DNA of 64,000 nt, taken from assembly GCF_009914755.1 (NCBI RefSeq), contig NC_060926.1; one strand, given 5' to 3'. The position numbers and the translations under genes are program-made. Positions 14,352 through 30,719 of the stretch are shown in pieces. The notes beneath the pieces were generated by a model, which ran no database searches, had not been told where the DNA came from, and worked only from the letters and a program-made list of their open reading frames with translations. This stretch comes from the human T2T-CHM13v2.0 reference genome, Homo sapiens. Positions within the stretch are counted from its first letter, which is position 1. Every line of letters begins with the position of its first letter.

Positions 14352-14614
14352 TTTTCTTTTCTTTTTTTTTTTTTTGAGACGGAGTCTCGCTCTGCCGCCC
14401 AGGCTGGAGTGCAGTGGACGATCTCGGCTCACTGCAACCTCCGCCTCCCAGGTTCACGCCATTCTCCTGCCTCAGCCTCCTGAGTAGCTGGGACTACAGG
14501 TGCCTGCCACCATGCCCGGCTAATTTTTGTATTTTTAGTAGAGACAGAGTTTCACCATGTTAGCCAAGATGGTTTCAATCTCCTGACCTCGTGATCCGCT
14601 CACCTTGGCGTCCC
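14352..14614 (-). mobile_element. AluSc/Y-like, 5'-truncated by about 35 nt
   Basis: TTCACGCCATTCTCC and GACCTCGTGATCCG diagnostics; stops at CCTTGGCGTCCCA. Confidence 0.9.
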
Positions 14615-14615
14615 A

Positions 14616-14745
14616 TTTCTTTTCTTTTCTTTTCTTTTCTTTTCTTTCCTTTCCTTTGCTTTCCTTTCCTTTCCTTTTCTTTTCCTTTCCTTTTCTTTCT
14701 CTCTTTCTTTCTCTCTCTTTCTTTCTTTCTCTCTTTTTTTTTTTT
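14616..14745. repeat. (TTTTC/TTTCC/TC)n polypyrimidine tract
   Basis: Direct inspection. Confidence 0.95.
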
Positions 14746-16552
14746 GCCTAATTGCTCTGACCTTAGACTTCCAGTGCTATGTTGAATAAAAGTAGTTAAA
14801 GTAGGCATCCTTGTCTTGTTCCAGATCTTAGTGGAAAGGCTTTCAAATTTTCCCTGTTCAGTATAACATTAGGTGTGAGTTTGTCATATATGGCCTTTAT
14901 TGTTTTGAAGTACATTTCTTTGATACCTGATTTGTTGAGAGTTCTTATCATAAGAAATGTTGAATTGTATCAAATGCTTTTTCTGCATCTATTGAGATAA
15001 TCATATGGTTTCTGTCCTTCATTCTGTTCAAGCAACGTATCACAGTTGTTGATTTGTGTATGTTGAATCATCTTTGCATCCCTAGATAAGTCCTACTTGA
15101 CCATGGTGTTTTATTTTTTTGATGTGCTGTTGCATTCAGTTTGCTAGTATTTTGTTGAGGATTTTTGCATCTATGGTCATCAGGGATATTAGTCTGTAGT
15201 TTTCTTTTGTGTGTGTGTCCTTCTCTGGTTTTGGTATCAGGGTAATGCTGGCCTTGTAGAGTGAGTTAGAAAGAATTCCCTCCTCTGGAGTTTTTTGGAA
15301 AAGTTTGAGAAGAATTGGTATTAATTCTTCTTTGCAAGTTTGGTAGAATTCAACAGTCAAACCATCCAGTCATTGACTTGTCTTATTGGGAGACTTTTTA
15401 TTACTGATTCAATCTCATTATGTATTATTGGCCTGTTTATGTTTTCTATTTTTTCATGGTTCAATCTTAGCAGGTTGTATGTGTCTAAGAGTTTACTCAT
15501 TTCCTCTAGGTTTTTCAATTTATTGGCACATAGTTTTTCATACTAGTCTCTAATAATTCCTTGTATTCTGTGGTATCACATGTAACATATTTTCTAAATC
15601 TCAGATTCTATTTCTTAATCTAGCTAAAGGCTTGTCAATTTTGTTTACCTTTTTTTAAAACTAACTTTTGTTATGTTAATCTTTTATATTATTTTAGTCT
15701 CAATTTCATTTATTTCTGCTCTAATCTTTATTATTTCTTTCATCGTACTAATTTTGGATTTGTTTTGTTCTTGCTTTTCTAGTTCCTTGAGGTATATCAT
15801 TAGTTTGTTTATTTGACATTTTTTGACTTTCTTGATGTAGGTGTTTATGGCTATAAACTTCCCTATCGGTACTACTTTTGTTGTGTCCCATATGTTTTGG
15901 TATGGTGTGTTTCATTTTCATTTGTTTTAATAAATATTTAAACTTTCTTCTCAATTTCTTCACTGACCCTTTGGTCATTGAGCAGCATGTTGTAAAATGT
16001 ACGTGCATTTGTACAGTTTCCAAAGTTCCTCTCTTATTGATATCTAATTTTATTCCATTGTGGTCAGAAAAGATACTTGATATGATCTTGATTTTAAAAA
16101 ATATTTTGTGGCTTGTCTTGTGGCTTAACATATGGTCTATCCTGGAGAATGTTCCATATGCTAATAAGAATGTGTATTCTGCATCTATTGGATAAAATGT
16201 TCTGTAAATGTCCATTGGGTCCATTTGGTCTATAGTGTAGTTTAACTCTAATGTTTCCTTGTTGATTTTCTGTCTGGATGACCTTTCCATTGCTGAAAGT
16301 GAGCCATTGAAATATCCTACTATTATGGCATCGCAGTCAATCTCTCCCTTTAGGTCTATTAATATATTTGCTTTCTATATTTAGATGTCCAGTGTTGGGC
16401 ATATATGTATTTATCATTTTTATACCCTCTTGCTCTATTGACTCATTTATAAATACATAATGGCCTTCTTTGCCTTTTTTTTTTTTTTTGCCATTCTTAC
16501 TTAAAGTCTATTTTAGTATAGATATCCTGCTCATTTTTGGTTTCTTGTCTAA

Positions 16553-16867
<315 letters not shown>

Positions 16868-16913
16868 TGGTTTTTATCTAATATAAGTATAGCTATTCCA
16901 TTTTTCATCGAAA

Positions 16914-16988
16914 TATCTTTTTCCATTTTTTCACTTTCAGTCTTGTGTGTATCTTTTTCCATTTTTTCACTTTCAGTCTTGTGTGTAT
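16914..16988. repeat. Perfect 36-bp tandem duplication
   Basis: TATCTTTTTCCATTTTTTCACTTTCAGTCTTGTGTG twice (16914-16949, 16950-16985). Confidence 0.95.
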
Positions 16989-19900
16989 TTATAGGTGAAG
17001 TGAGTTTCTTGTAGGCAACGTATAGTTAGGTCTTATTTTTTCTTTAATCCATTCAGCCACTCTGTGTCTTTTAATTGGATAATTAAATTCATTTACATTC
17101 AAGATTATTATTGATAGGTAAGGACTTACTACTACCATTTTGTCACTTGTTTTCTGGTTTGTTTTGTAGACTCTTTCTTCCTTTTTTCTGTCTTCCTTTG
17201 TAGTTACGTGGTTTTCCCTAGTAGAGATGTTTTGATTGCATGCTATTTATTTTTCTATTATAAATGTATCTATTATAAATTTTTGCTTTGTGGTTACCAT
17301 GAAGCTTATAAAACACTCTTACAGTTATAACATGTTATTTTAAATGGATAACGACTTAACTTTATTAACAAAGCAAAGAAACAAAATTAAACTCTACACT
17401 TTAACAATATCTCCTCCACTTTTTGGCTTTCTGATATTTCAAATTACATCTTTTTATATTGCCTTCTAACCCATTATTACAGTTATTATTATCTTTAATA
17501 CTGTTATATTTTAGTCAATACTAAAAATATAAGTGGTTTTGATGCCTTAATTATAGTATTAGAGTATTCTGAATTTATCTGTATATTCACTTTTACTAGT
17601 AAGTTTTATAAGTTTTACACCTTTAGATGTTTTCTTGTTACACATTAGCAGCTATCTTTCAGATTGAAGAACTTCCTTAGCATTTCTGTTAAGAGAGGTC
17701 TGGTGTTGATAAATTCTCTCAGCTTTTATTTGTTTGAGAAAGTCTTTGTCACACTATCATGTTTGAAGGATAGCTTTTCTGGGTACAGTATTCTTGACTG
17801 TTTTTTCCCCCCTTTCAAAACATTGAATATACCATCCTACTCTCTCTAGGCCTGCAGGGTTTCTCTTGAGAAATCTGCTGAAGGTCATGTTGGGGCTTTG
17901 TTGAATGTGATATATTTTTCTCTCTTTTTCTTGCTGCGTTCAGTATTCTCCTTTTGTCTTTGATTTTTGATAACGTGATTATGACGTGCCTTGGGGAACT
18001 CCTCTTTGGGTTGAATTTGATTGGTGACCTCTGAGCTTCCTGTATCTGGATGGTGTTGTCTTTTTCCATATTTGGGAAATTATCACCTATTATCTCCTTA
18101 AATATGTGTTCTAGGCCTTTTTCTCTCTTATCTCCTTTGGGAACTCCTGTTATGCAGATGTTATTTCACTTGATAGTGTCTCATAATTCCTGTAGGCCTT
18201 CCTCACTTTTTAAATTGTTTTTTCTTTTTGCTGTTCTGATTAGGTAATTTCAAATGTTCTGTCTTTGGGCTCTCAGATTCTTTCCTGTTTGACCAACTTA
18301 ATTGCTAACCTTTAAGTTGCTTCTGAGTCAGGGAGACATTCCATATGAGCATGTGGGCTGTATGGGAAATCCGGCCAGGGATTTGGGCCTTCCTGTGGAT
18401 CGTGCACCTCTGAAGCACTATGGTGCCCCACTGATCAGAATGAAGAGCATCTACTGAGATCTGCATGGTAGTTGCTGAGATCAGCACTCCTACTCTTTGT
18501 CTCCAGATCACCTCAGGTGGGTCAGCCCTCTTGTTACTCCCAATGCTTCTGGTAGAACAGGACCAAAGCAGGTTTTCCATGAAGATTCCGAGACTAGTAG
18601 GGAGATCAAACATCCACCTCCAATTCCCTCCTCCCAGCTCAGAAACTGTAGGTCCATCCATGGAAATTCTCCATGAATGGCATTATTCCAGCTTAGGGGA
18701 GTGGGTGGTGCAGTCTAAAACGACCTTTTCTTTTACTAGTTGTGGCTTTTCTCATTTCTGTGGGCCCAGGGAGCTTCTCTACTTCTCCCCCAAGTTCTGT
18801 GAATTCAGGATGGTATTGTTGTTTCTCAGTAGTTGCTAGTTGTACTTTTGTGCTGGGGGTTGTCTATTCACCATCTTGCTGACACCACTCTGGAAGTTTT
18901 AAAAATAGTACAGAAAGAGCTTGTGTATCCTTCACCCCACTCTCCCCAGTGATAAAATTGTACACAACTATAAATATCAAAACTTGGAAATTGACATGGG
19001 TACAATACCAACTAGGTTATAAAGCTTATTCAGAGTTCATCGGTTTTTATATGCCAATTTGCATATAAAAACCTCATTTGAGTGTTTGCATATGTAGGTT
19101 CTATGCAATTTTATCACATGTATAAATTCATATAAGCATGGCCACAATTAAGACACAGAACTATTACATTACATCACCAAAAGGAACTATCTCCTGCTAC
19201 CCCTTCTCTAATGCCTGGCAACACTTATCTGCTCTCCATAGCTATAATTTTGTCATTTTAAGAATGTTATATAGATGGAATAATACAGCATGTGACTTTT
19301 GAGATTGGTTTTTTTCATTCATCATATTGTTCTTGAGATCCAAATTGTGTATATCAAAGGTTTGTTTCTTTTTACAGCTAGGTAGCATTTCATTATATGA
19401 ATATACCATTATATTGTGTTTTTACAACAGCGTGCCTTTATAAGCAGTGGTGAATTTAGGAAATGATAAATTATAAACTGTAGGCAAGGTTAACTCTGGA
19501 GACTGAAATAGGAGCAGTCAGAAGCAAGGATTTTCACATATTTTTGTAACTCAAAAGAGAGGAGCTTAGGGGTATGTTTTCTTTTATTTTGTTTTCAGTG
19601 TCTTTTCCCCAAAGAATTAAAACACACTAAAATAAAGAAAATTAACTAGGCCAAAAAACTTGAACTGAATGTGTGGCAGTTTTCAAGAAATTTTATTATA
19701 TATTCATATGTCTTTCTTATGTTGAATGAAACTTTGACTCCTACCTAAAGAAAAGTCAACAAAATATTTTTTGTTGCAGAGCAATTCTTGCTGCTCTGGA
19801 TCCTTCCCCAATTAGGAACTCCACCCCCCACCAACACATATCTTTAGAGTTCAATTTAACAACAATATTTATAAACCTCATCCTGATGTTGTTTGTTTCT

Positions 19901-20069
19901 GAAAATACCCAGTGAGATGGACAAGGCTGGTATTATTTTTCCCATGCATCAAATACACCAAGGCTTGGAGAGCTGTGGATAGTGAAAGAATGACTATTGC
20001 CTCATCTAATGCTTTTCTCACTACATCAGGAAGGCAGAGTCTGGCTAAGAGCCCACCAAAACAGTTGCA

Positions 20070-20285
20070 TTATGCTCCTGGCCACATAATTAAACAATAC
20101 TTCCCAGCTCACTTGCCCTTGGGTTGGGGCCTGTGACTGAGTTCTGGACAATGAACTGTAGAGAGAAGTGGCATCACCGCTTCCAGACCTGCCTGGCCTA
20201 CAATACCACCTATGTGATCTCAATTCTCTCTTCTCCATCCTTAGTACTGTTGGCAGGTCTGTGTTGAAAAAAGCAGCACTGTTAG
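20070..20285 (+). mobile_element. MLT1I/J-like LTR fragment
   Basis: TACTTCCCAGCTCACTTGCC...TGTGACTGAGTTCTGGACAATG. Confidence 0.65.
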
Positions 20286-20511
20286 ATATGTATTTATTCT
20301 TACAGTTCTTCTGTTTATGGCATTTGATATCTATTTAGGTAAAAAACAAAAGGCATACCAAGAAAAAATTAACAAATGGTAGAAAGACATGTGAGGGAAA
20401 AATCATACAGGCAGTGCATGCGCAGGGTAGAAACATTGCATTACAACCGACCACATTTCTATTTTGAGTGCAGGCATGATCACTGGAGGTGAGTATAAGA
20501 GTGAAGAGATA

Positions 20512-20923
<412 letters not shown>

Positions 20924-22632
20924 TCAAGCTTGCCCCAGTGACCCAGGATTCAATAAATACACAGTCAATGTGTGCGTAACTGGTCCCCAACATCTGAGTA
21001 AAAGCCTCCTTTCGGGAAGAATGCATATGTCTCTCTATTTGTGTCCCATGGCTGCTGGCCTGAGGCTGAACACTCAGGAGGTCATTTGGAATGTCAGGCA
21101 TGGTAACTCTGGTGGAGGGGCAGGTGAGGTCTGAGATTTCAGTGCACCCTGAGTTCTGAGGGGATCACACTCCCCTGGCTGTCCCAGGTGAGCCACCTGC
21201 TGGAGCCCATGTTCAGACAGTTATGGCCTGTAGAAAACTTGGGAAGGCTCTGGAGTTTTAGCAGCTTGGGGATACCCACTTCCTGCAGCCCCTTGGCTCC
21301 TGCTGCTCTGGTGTGCATGGAAGGAGTAGAAATAGGGAATTTCAGAGAGCGGGTTAAGAGGGAATTGCATGAGGGGGAGCAGCCATGCCCACGGGAATGG
21401 CCCATCTGTGTCCTCTGCCCCTGAGGCCTCCTGGGCAGCTGCAAGGTGAGGAAATCTGAGGAGAGGCAGGTTGAGGTTACCCCCCTGGCTCTCATGGCTT
21501 GCTGGGTAGAAAGAGGTGGAATCCCTTTCTCACACAACTGTCTTCGTCACTCTCCACATGTCAGGCCCCAGACTCAGCTCCCCAAACCCCTGAGGCCCTG
21601 GGAATGCATGGTGTAGTGGTGGAGACAGCAGGTAAGTGGCTTTTTTACCTCAAGGCCAAGGAAGAGGAACAGAGGCCCCAGCCATGAGATGTGGGGCACA
21701 AGCAGAGAGGAACCTGGATGCGGGGCAGCCCCATGAGTTGAGGACCCTCACAGAGCTGACATAACTCAGATGTGGGGAGGGAAAGGAGGAGGAGCCAGTG
21801 GAATTCAATAGCACCCATGGCCCATCCTGATTCTTACCAGGTGCGATCATCTATTGAAAAAGTAGAAAATAATTGTTTTTCTCCTCTTTGTGCCCCCCTC
21901 CACTTTTCTCTTGTCCTCTCCCAGTTTTCCCAGGTGGCCAAGCTAAGTGGTCCCTTACCATCTGGACTTTTCTTGAAGCAGAACATCAGGATGGTGTTGA
22001 GAGAGAGCCCTGTCTGCTGTCATGGTGCAGGTCACCGCTAAAAGTATTATGATGGGTGTGTACACAGGTGCAACGCCTTTGAGAATCAGGCCCTCCCCCT
22101 GCACTCACACACAATTGAAAGGAAAGGGAACCAGGTCCGGAGGCATGTGAGCTGTGGTCACTCTTACCCTGCATGAGAGGGTAGCCAGGCCTCAGGAGGA
22201 TGAGTGAGTATGGAGAAGAGGGAGGCTGAGACCCCAGTAGGGCATCCCCAACCTCAGCAAAGTTTCCTGGGCTCCATATGTGACCTCAAAGCAAAAAGGT
22301 ACCCTACCTGGAAATACTACAGGCCTGGACAATGAGGAAGACAGAGGCAGCTGTGATGAAATGCAGAGTAGGGATGTTCCTCTGATTCTCAGGGCTCTAT
22401 AGCAGCATCTTGGACACCCCGGCAGGAAGAAGAACCTAACAGTGTCCAACATGGATTATGTAGGAAGGACAAGGTCCTGGGGTCAGATTTAAGTTGGTTT
22501 AAGGAAAACAAATGTAGCAAGAGTGAGATTCATACCAATTATATTTATTTGATTGTACAGCTCCCTCTTTCCTACCTCACCCCCCTTAAAGTAGATTATG
22601 TATAAGCTATGTTAAAAGTAGATATGTATAAG

Positions 22633-22639
<7 letters not shown>

Positions 22640-22677
<38 letters not shown>
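22640..22677. repeat. (CA)n microsatellite at the L1 tail
   Basis: Direct inspection. Confidence 0.95.
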
Positions 22678-22679
<2 letters not shown>

Positions 22680-24206
22680 ATTTTTAGAACAGTTTTGGGA
22701 TCACATCAAAATTGAGCAGAAAGTAGAGAGATTTCTTATATGTCCCCTGCGCCACATGTGCACAGCCTCCCCAGCTATTGACATCCTGCCCCAGAGTGGT
22801 ACATTTGTTACAATCCATAAACCTACACTGCTACTTCCCCACTGTATAGTTAACATTTAGGGACTTTTCCATTTATAGTTTACACTGGGGACTGCTCTTG
22901 CTGTGGTACATTCTATGTGTTTGGGCGAATGCACAATTACATGTATCCCTCATTGCAGTATCATACAAAATAGTTTCACTGCCCTAAAAAATCCTCTATG
23001 TTCTGCCTATTTAATCCCTCCTTCCCTCAACCCCTGGCAACTACTTATCTTTTTTATAGTCTCCATAGTTTTGCCTTTTCCAGAATTCCAAGAGTTGGAA
23101 TCATACTGTATATAGCCTTTTCAGCCTGGCTACTTTCACCTAGTAATATGCATTTAAGTTTCCTCCATGTTGTTTCATGGCTTGATAGCTCGTTTCTTTT
23201 TAGTAGTGAATAATACTCTATTGCCTGGGGGTATCACAGTTTATTTATCCATTCCCTACTGAGAGACATTTTGGTTGCTTCCCAGTTTTGGCAATTATGA
23301 TTAAAGCCATTATAAACATTCGTGTGCAAGTTTTCGTGTAGACAATGTTTTCAATTCATTTGGGTAAATACCAAGTAGTGTGATTGCTGGATCATCTAGT
23401 AAGAGCATGTTTCGTTTTGCAAGAAACTGCCAAATTGCCTTCTGAAGTGGCCATACAGTTTTTCATTCTCACCAGCAATGGATGAGTGTTCCTTTACTCC
23501 ACATCCTTACCAGCATTTGGTGGTGTCAGTGTTCTGAATTTTGATCATTCTAACGGGTGCGTAGCAGTGTCTCATTGTTGTTTTAATTTGCAATTCCCTC
23601 ATGACATATGATGTTGAACTTCTTTTTGTATGCATACTATTTGTATATATTTTTTGGTGTGGTGTTTATTCAGGTATTTTCCCATTTTTTAATTGGGTTG
23701 TTCATTTTCTTATTGTTGAGACTTCTTTGTATATTTTGGATGATAGTCTTTTATCAGATGTGTCTTTTGCAAATATTTTCTCCCAAACTGTGGCTTATCT
23801 TCTTGTTCTTTTGACATTGTTTTTCACAGAGCAGAATTTTTTAATCTTAATGAGGTCCCTCTTATCAATTCTTTCTCTCATAGATCTGTCTTTGTTGTTG
23901 TATTGAAAAAGTCATTGCCAAGGCCAAGGTCACCTAGATTTTCTCCTATGTTATCTTCTAGGAGCTTACAGTTTTGTGTATTATGTTCAGATCTATAATC
24001 CATTTTTAGTTCATTCCTGTGAAGGGCATAAGGTCTGTGTCTAGATGAATTTTTTTTTATGTGGATGTCTAGTTGTTCCAACATCATTTGTTCAAATAAC
24101 CATCTTTGTTCCACTGTATTACCCTTGCTCCTTTGCCAAAGATAATTATATTTATGTGGGTCTATTTCTGGGCTTTCTATTCTATTCTGTTCCATTGCCC
24201 AATTTG

Positions 24207-24523
<317 letters not shown>

Positions 24524-24546
24524 TGTTTTTAAATTAATACCACACT

Positions 24547-24865
24547 GGCCAGTCGTGGTGGGTCACACCTGTAATCCCAGCACTTTGGGAGGCCGATGTT
24601 GGCGGATCACTTGAGGCCGGGAGTTCAAGGCCACCCTGGCCAACATGACAAAACTCTGTCTCTACTAAAAATACAAAAATTAGCCATATATGATTGTGTG
24701 GGCCTGTAATCTCAACTACTTGGGAGGGTGAGGCACAAGAATCACTTGAACCTGGGAGGTGGAGGTTGCAGTGAGCCAAGATTGTGCCACTTGCACTCCA
24801 GCCTGGGCAGTAGAGTGAGAGTCTGTCTCAAAACACAACAAAACATTATCAAGCTTAAAAAAAAA
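24547..24865 (+). mobile_element. Alu (Jb/Sx-like), head-to-head with the previous Alu
   Basis: Full Alu on plus, 23 bp from the previous Alu 5' end. Confidence 0.92.
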
Positions 24866-26925
24866 TTAGTGTTACACTGTCTTTATTACCATAGCTCTGT
24901 AATAACTTTTGAAGCCAGGTAGTGTCACTCTTCTGATTTTCTTCCTCTCCTTCAATATTGAGTTGGTTATTCTGAGTCTTTTGCCTCTCCATATGAACTT
25001 TAGAATTGGTCTATAGATATCCACAAAATAATTTACTAAGATTTTGAGTTGGATTGCATTGAATGCATAGGTAAAATTGAAAAGAGCTGACATCTTGAAA
25101 ATATTGAGTCTTCCTATCCATGAACATGAAATATCTCTTCCATTATTTAGTTTTTCTTTGCTATCTTTCAGAGTTTTACAGTTCCGTTCATATGAATCAT
25201 ATACATATTTGATAGATTTATAACTAAGTATTTCATTTTGAGGGGTGCTAATGTAAACGGTAGTGTGTTTTCATTTCTTTATTTTTATTTTTTACCATGT
25301 TCTATCATCAGTGTTTAAGTGGTTACATGTTTTAAAATTCAAATTCTACTTGTTTGTTGCTAGTATAAAGGAAAGTTATTGACTTTTGTATATTAACCTT
25401 ATATTCTGCAATCTTGCTACAATCACTTATTAGTTCTAGGAGTTTTTTGTTGATTCTGTTGGATTTTCTTCATAGACAGTCAGGTCATCTTCAAACAAAG
25501 ACGGTTTTGTTTCTTCTCTCTCAATCTGTGTACCTTTTTTTGTTTGTTTCTTGTCTTGTGTATTAGCTAGGACTTCCAATACAATGTTGAAAAGGAATGG
25601 TGTGATGGGACATCTTTGCCTTGTTCCTGATCTTGTGAAAAAGCTTTGAGTTTCTCACCATTAAATAAGATGTTAGTTGTATACTGTTTTGTAGATACCC
25701 TTTATCAAATTGGGGGAGGTCCCCTCTATTCTGTTTGCTGAGAGTTTCTAACATAAATGGGTATTGGAATTTGTCAAATGCTTTTTCTGAATCTATTGGT
25801 ATGATCATGTACTTTTTCTTCTTTAGCTCGTTGATGTGTTGGATTACATTAACTGATTTTTGAATGCTGAACAAGTCTTGAATACCAGGTGTATATCCCA
25901 CTTGTCCATGGTGTATAATTCTTTTTATACATGGTTAGATTCAATTATCTAATGTTTGTTGAGAGTTTTTGCATCTATATTCATGAGAGATATTGGTCTG
26001 TAGTTTTATTTTCTTAGAATGCCTTTGTTTAATTTTGTTATTAGATTGATGCTGACCTCATAAAATAAGTTAAGGTGTACTTCCTCTGCTTCTGTCTTCT
26101 GGAAGAGATTGTAGAAAATAGGTATATGTTTTTCCTTTAATATTTGGTAGAATTCACCAGTGAAGCCATGTGGAGTTGGTGCTTTCTGTTTTGGAAATTT
26201 ATTATTTATTCAATCTCTCTAATTGTTATAGGTCTATTCAGATTGTCTATTTATTCTTAGGTGAGTTTTGGCAAAATGTGACTTCCAGGGAATTGGCCCA
26301 TTTTATCTAGGTTAACAAATTTATGGGCACAGTGTTGTTCATAGTATTCCTTTATCATTCCTTCAGTGTTCTTGGGATCTGTAGTGATGTCCCCTCTTTC
26401 ATTTTTTATATTAGTAATTTGTGTTTTCTTTCTTTTTGCCTTATTTAGCTTGGCTAGAGGCTTATCAATTTTTTTCATCTTTTCAAAGAACCAGCTTTTG
26501 GCTTTGTTGATTTTCTCTGTTGCTTTTCTGTTTTGAATTTCATTGATTTCTGCTTTAATTTTTATTTATCTTTTCTGTTACTTTACATTTAATTTTCTCT
26601 TTTTGTTGCAGTTTCCAAAAGTGGAAGCTTAGATGATTGATTTTACATCTTTCTTCTTTTCTAATATATAAATTCAATGCTATACATTTTCCTCTTAGTA
26701 TTGCTTTCACTATATACCACAAATTTTGATAAGTTGTATTTTTATTTTTATTTAGTTAAAAATATCTTTAAATCTCTATTGAGATTTCTTCTTTGGCCTA
26801 TGTTTTCTTTAAAAGTGTATTGTTTAATCTCCAAGTATTTGGCTATTTTCCAGCTATCTTTCTTTTCTTTTCTTTTCTTTTTTAAACAAACCACATGACT
26901 GTGTTAGCCACCTCTTTAGTTTTGC

Positions 26926-28551
<1,626 letters not shown>

Positions 28552-28599
28552 TAAAAGGAAGGCAAAGCCTCTGAAAGATCCAGAGGAAAATTTTAGGAA

Positions 28600-30070
28600 A
28601 GAGTTTGACCATAACCATGTTTTGGCCACTGGTGTATGGCATATACTGCATGCTATGGGGCAGCACCCTAGCCTCCCAGCTGTCACTGTAACTGAGCCCT
28701 CCACAGGCCATTCCACTGTTTAATCAAGCCAGCTGATTTGGGGTGATGTGTAGCACATGGCAAAAACAGTGAATTCTATAGATACAAGTAATGAGCTCAC
28801 GTCTATAGAATGCCCTTCACCATAAAATGATCTCCTTAATAAAGGCAATTTTGTGTGAGTTGCAGATGTTGAGTAAGGCATTATTTAAGCCCACAAATGG
28901 TGCTGGCAGAAGGACTTCTATGGTGGGCATAGAAGACAAACTCGTATCTTGAATAAGTATCTATTCCCATAAAGACAAATTGCTGTCTCCTCCGCAATGG
29001 AAAATGTCCAGTATAATCAACCTAAGACATTGGGGCTGGCTGGCAGCCCAAGGATAGGTGTCATAATGAGGCCCCAGTGTTATCTCTGCTGTTAGAACAT
29101 TGGGCACCCAGCAGTGACGTTAGCTAGATTAATCTTGGCGAGAGGAATCCAGCTTGGTGAGCTCATGTAAAATCTACCCCTGCCACCGTGGACATTTTGT
29201 TTATGGGCCCATTGAGTAAGCATCAAAATGTTTAGGGAAAGGAAATCACTTTCAGCCACACATGGGTTGTTTTGTGCACTCCACTAGACCACAGAGAGCT
29301 GCCTCTTCAGTAGATGCCCTTTGGTGAGCATTCATAGTGGTTACAAATATGTACATTTTTAGTGCCTGTTTTGAAGAGTTAATTCACATACTTCCTGAAG
29401 ACTTCCTTGTCACTAGTCTTCCAATCTTGCTCCTCAGAAGTCAGTGACCACTCTTCTAATCCATTAATCCTTGATCATAAATTGGTATAGTTGCATACTC
29501 CAGGGCATCTCGCCTTCTACAGTAAGTGGACAACAGATGTACTGCTTAAAATTCTGCCTATTAAGAGGATTTCCTTTCACCCTTGCCTTTCAGACTCACT
29601 CTTCAGGGGAGCTGTAAAACAGCAGCTGTTCACTTGCAGCCCTATCATGCAGACCCACTGCAAACCAAGCCTGTGCTTTTTCTTCTTCTGTCAGCTAGTC
29701 CTAGGCAACTCCCCTTGAGGCCACTGGTGTGGGCTGAGAGAGGTGGTAAAGTAGTAGAAGCAAAAAATGTGGGAGGGTGAGCCACCTGCTTATGCAATAT
29801 TCTTGAGCCTTTTATACCTGCTTGGGCCTTATCTTGTAAACACCATTTCCATTTTATACTGAGTACTGCTGCACATTCCAATTTTATGACTCAGTGGATT
29901 AGATAATGCCCAGTTCACAATGGACAGTTTGAGTTGCCTAGCTTGCCATAGTCAGGATTCAGACTCTATCAGGGACTAAATTCAGCCTTGTTCTGGGAAT
30001 TGGTGCCTAGGTCTTGTGGTTTCATGGGGTTTTCTGGACTCTCTAAAGTTGGCACAGGGCTTCCTGTATG
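28600..30070 (-). mobile_element. ERVL-class internal pol remnant (RNase H/integrase), ERV3-16A3-like
   Basis: Minus strand near 29050-29220 reads QWAHKQNVHGGRG followed by a degenerate C-x2-C region, resembling the ERVL integrase HHCC finger. Confidence 0.75.
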
Positions 30071-30149
30071 CAAAAGAAATCCCTACACTAAAGACTTCCC
30101 TGACATGATTGTGTTGCTGCATAAACTGTGATAATAATGACTAACCTGA

Positions 30150-30330
30150 CTTTCACTTTTATTTAGTTAAGCTTCATAACAATTTGGTGAAGTAGGTTTT
30201 ATGTTCTCCATTTAATCAGAAGAGAAAAACCTTGATACAGCTCTAGAGGTTAAATGCCTTGTCTGAGGCTACATGGCTCACAAGTGGTGACAGCTGGAGT
30301 CAGACTGCCAACTGCAATACTGTCCCCTTG
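30150..30330 (-). mobile_element. MIR fragment
   Basis: GAGGTTAAATGCCTTGTCTGAGGCTACATGGCT. Confidence 0.65.
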
Positions 30331-30539
30331 GCCACCCGAAGTAGCTTCCCAAAGGCATATTTATATCAGCCACCTGCAGAGTCCTTTCAGTGCACAGAGA
30401 CAAATTAGATTCATCTAGCCTGGGCCAAGGTATAGGGCATAGAGTAGGGTAGGTAAAGGCAAGGATATCAGTGGGTCTTGGTACAGGATGATTTTGTTGA
30501 ATTCCTAAGGACCACATTCTCAATGGTGATGCCCACATT

Positions 30540-30718
30540 ATAATATATACTGAAGCAATTATTGATAAAATGATATAATTTCTAAAATTTGCTTTAAATT
30601 AGCCAGGAAGAGAGAAACCAGTGATGAAATAAGATTGGCCATGTGTTGATAACAGTTGAAGCCTAGTGATGAAAATATAGTTCATTATACTGTTTTTCCA
30701 CATACTAAAAAGTAAAAA
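30540..30718 (+). mobile_element. L1ME/MC-like 3' end
   Basis: GATGAAATAAGATTGGCCATGTGTTGATAACAGTTGAAGC. Confidence 0.7.
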
Positions 30719-30719
30719 A

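Noticed and set aside
15748-16290. Longest ORF (180 aa) as a functional gene
   Set aside because: It is a frameshifted L1 ORF2 endonuclease-region remnant within a decayed L1MA.
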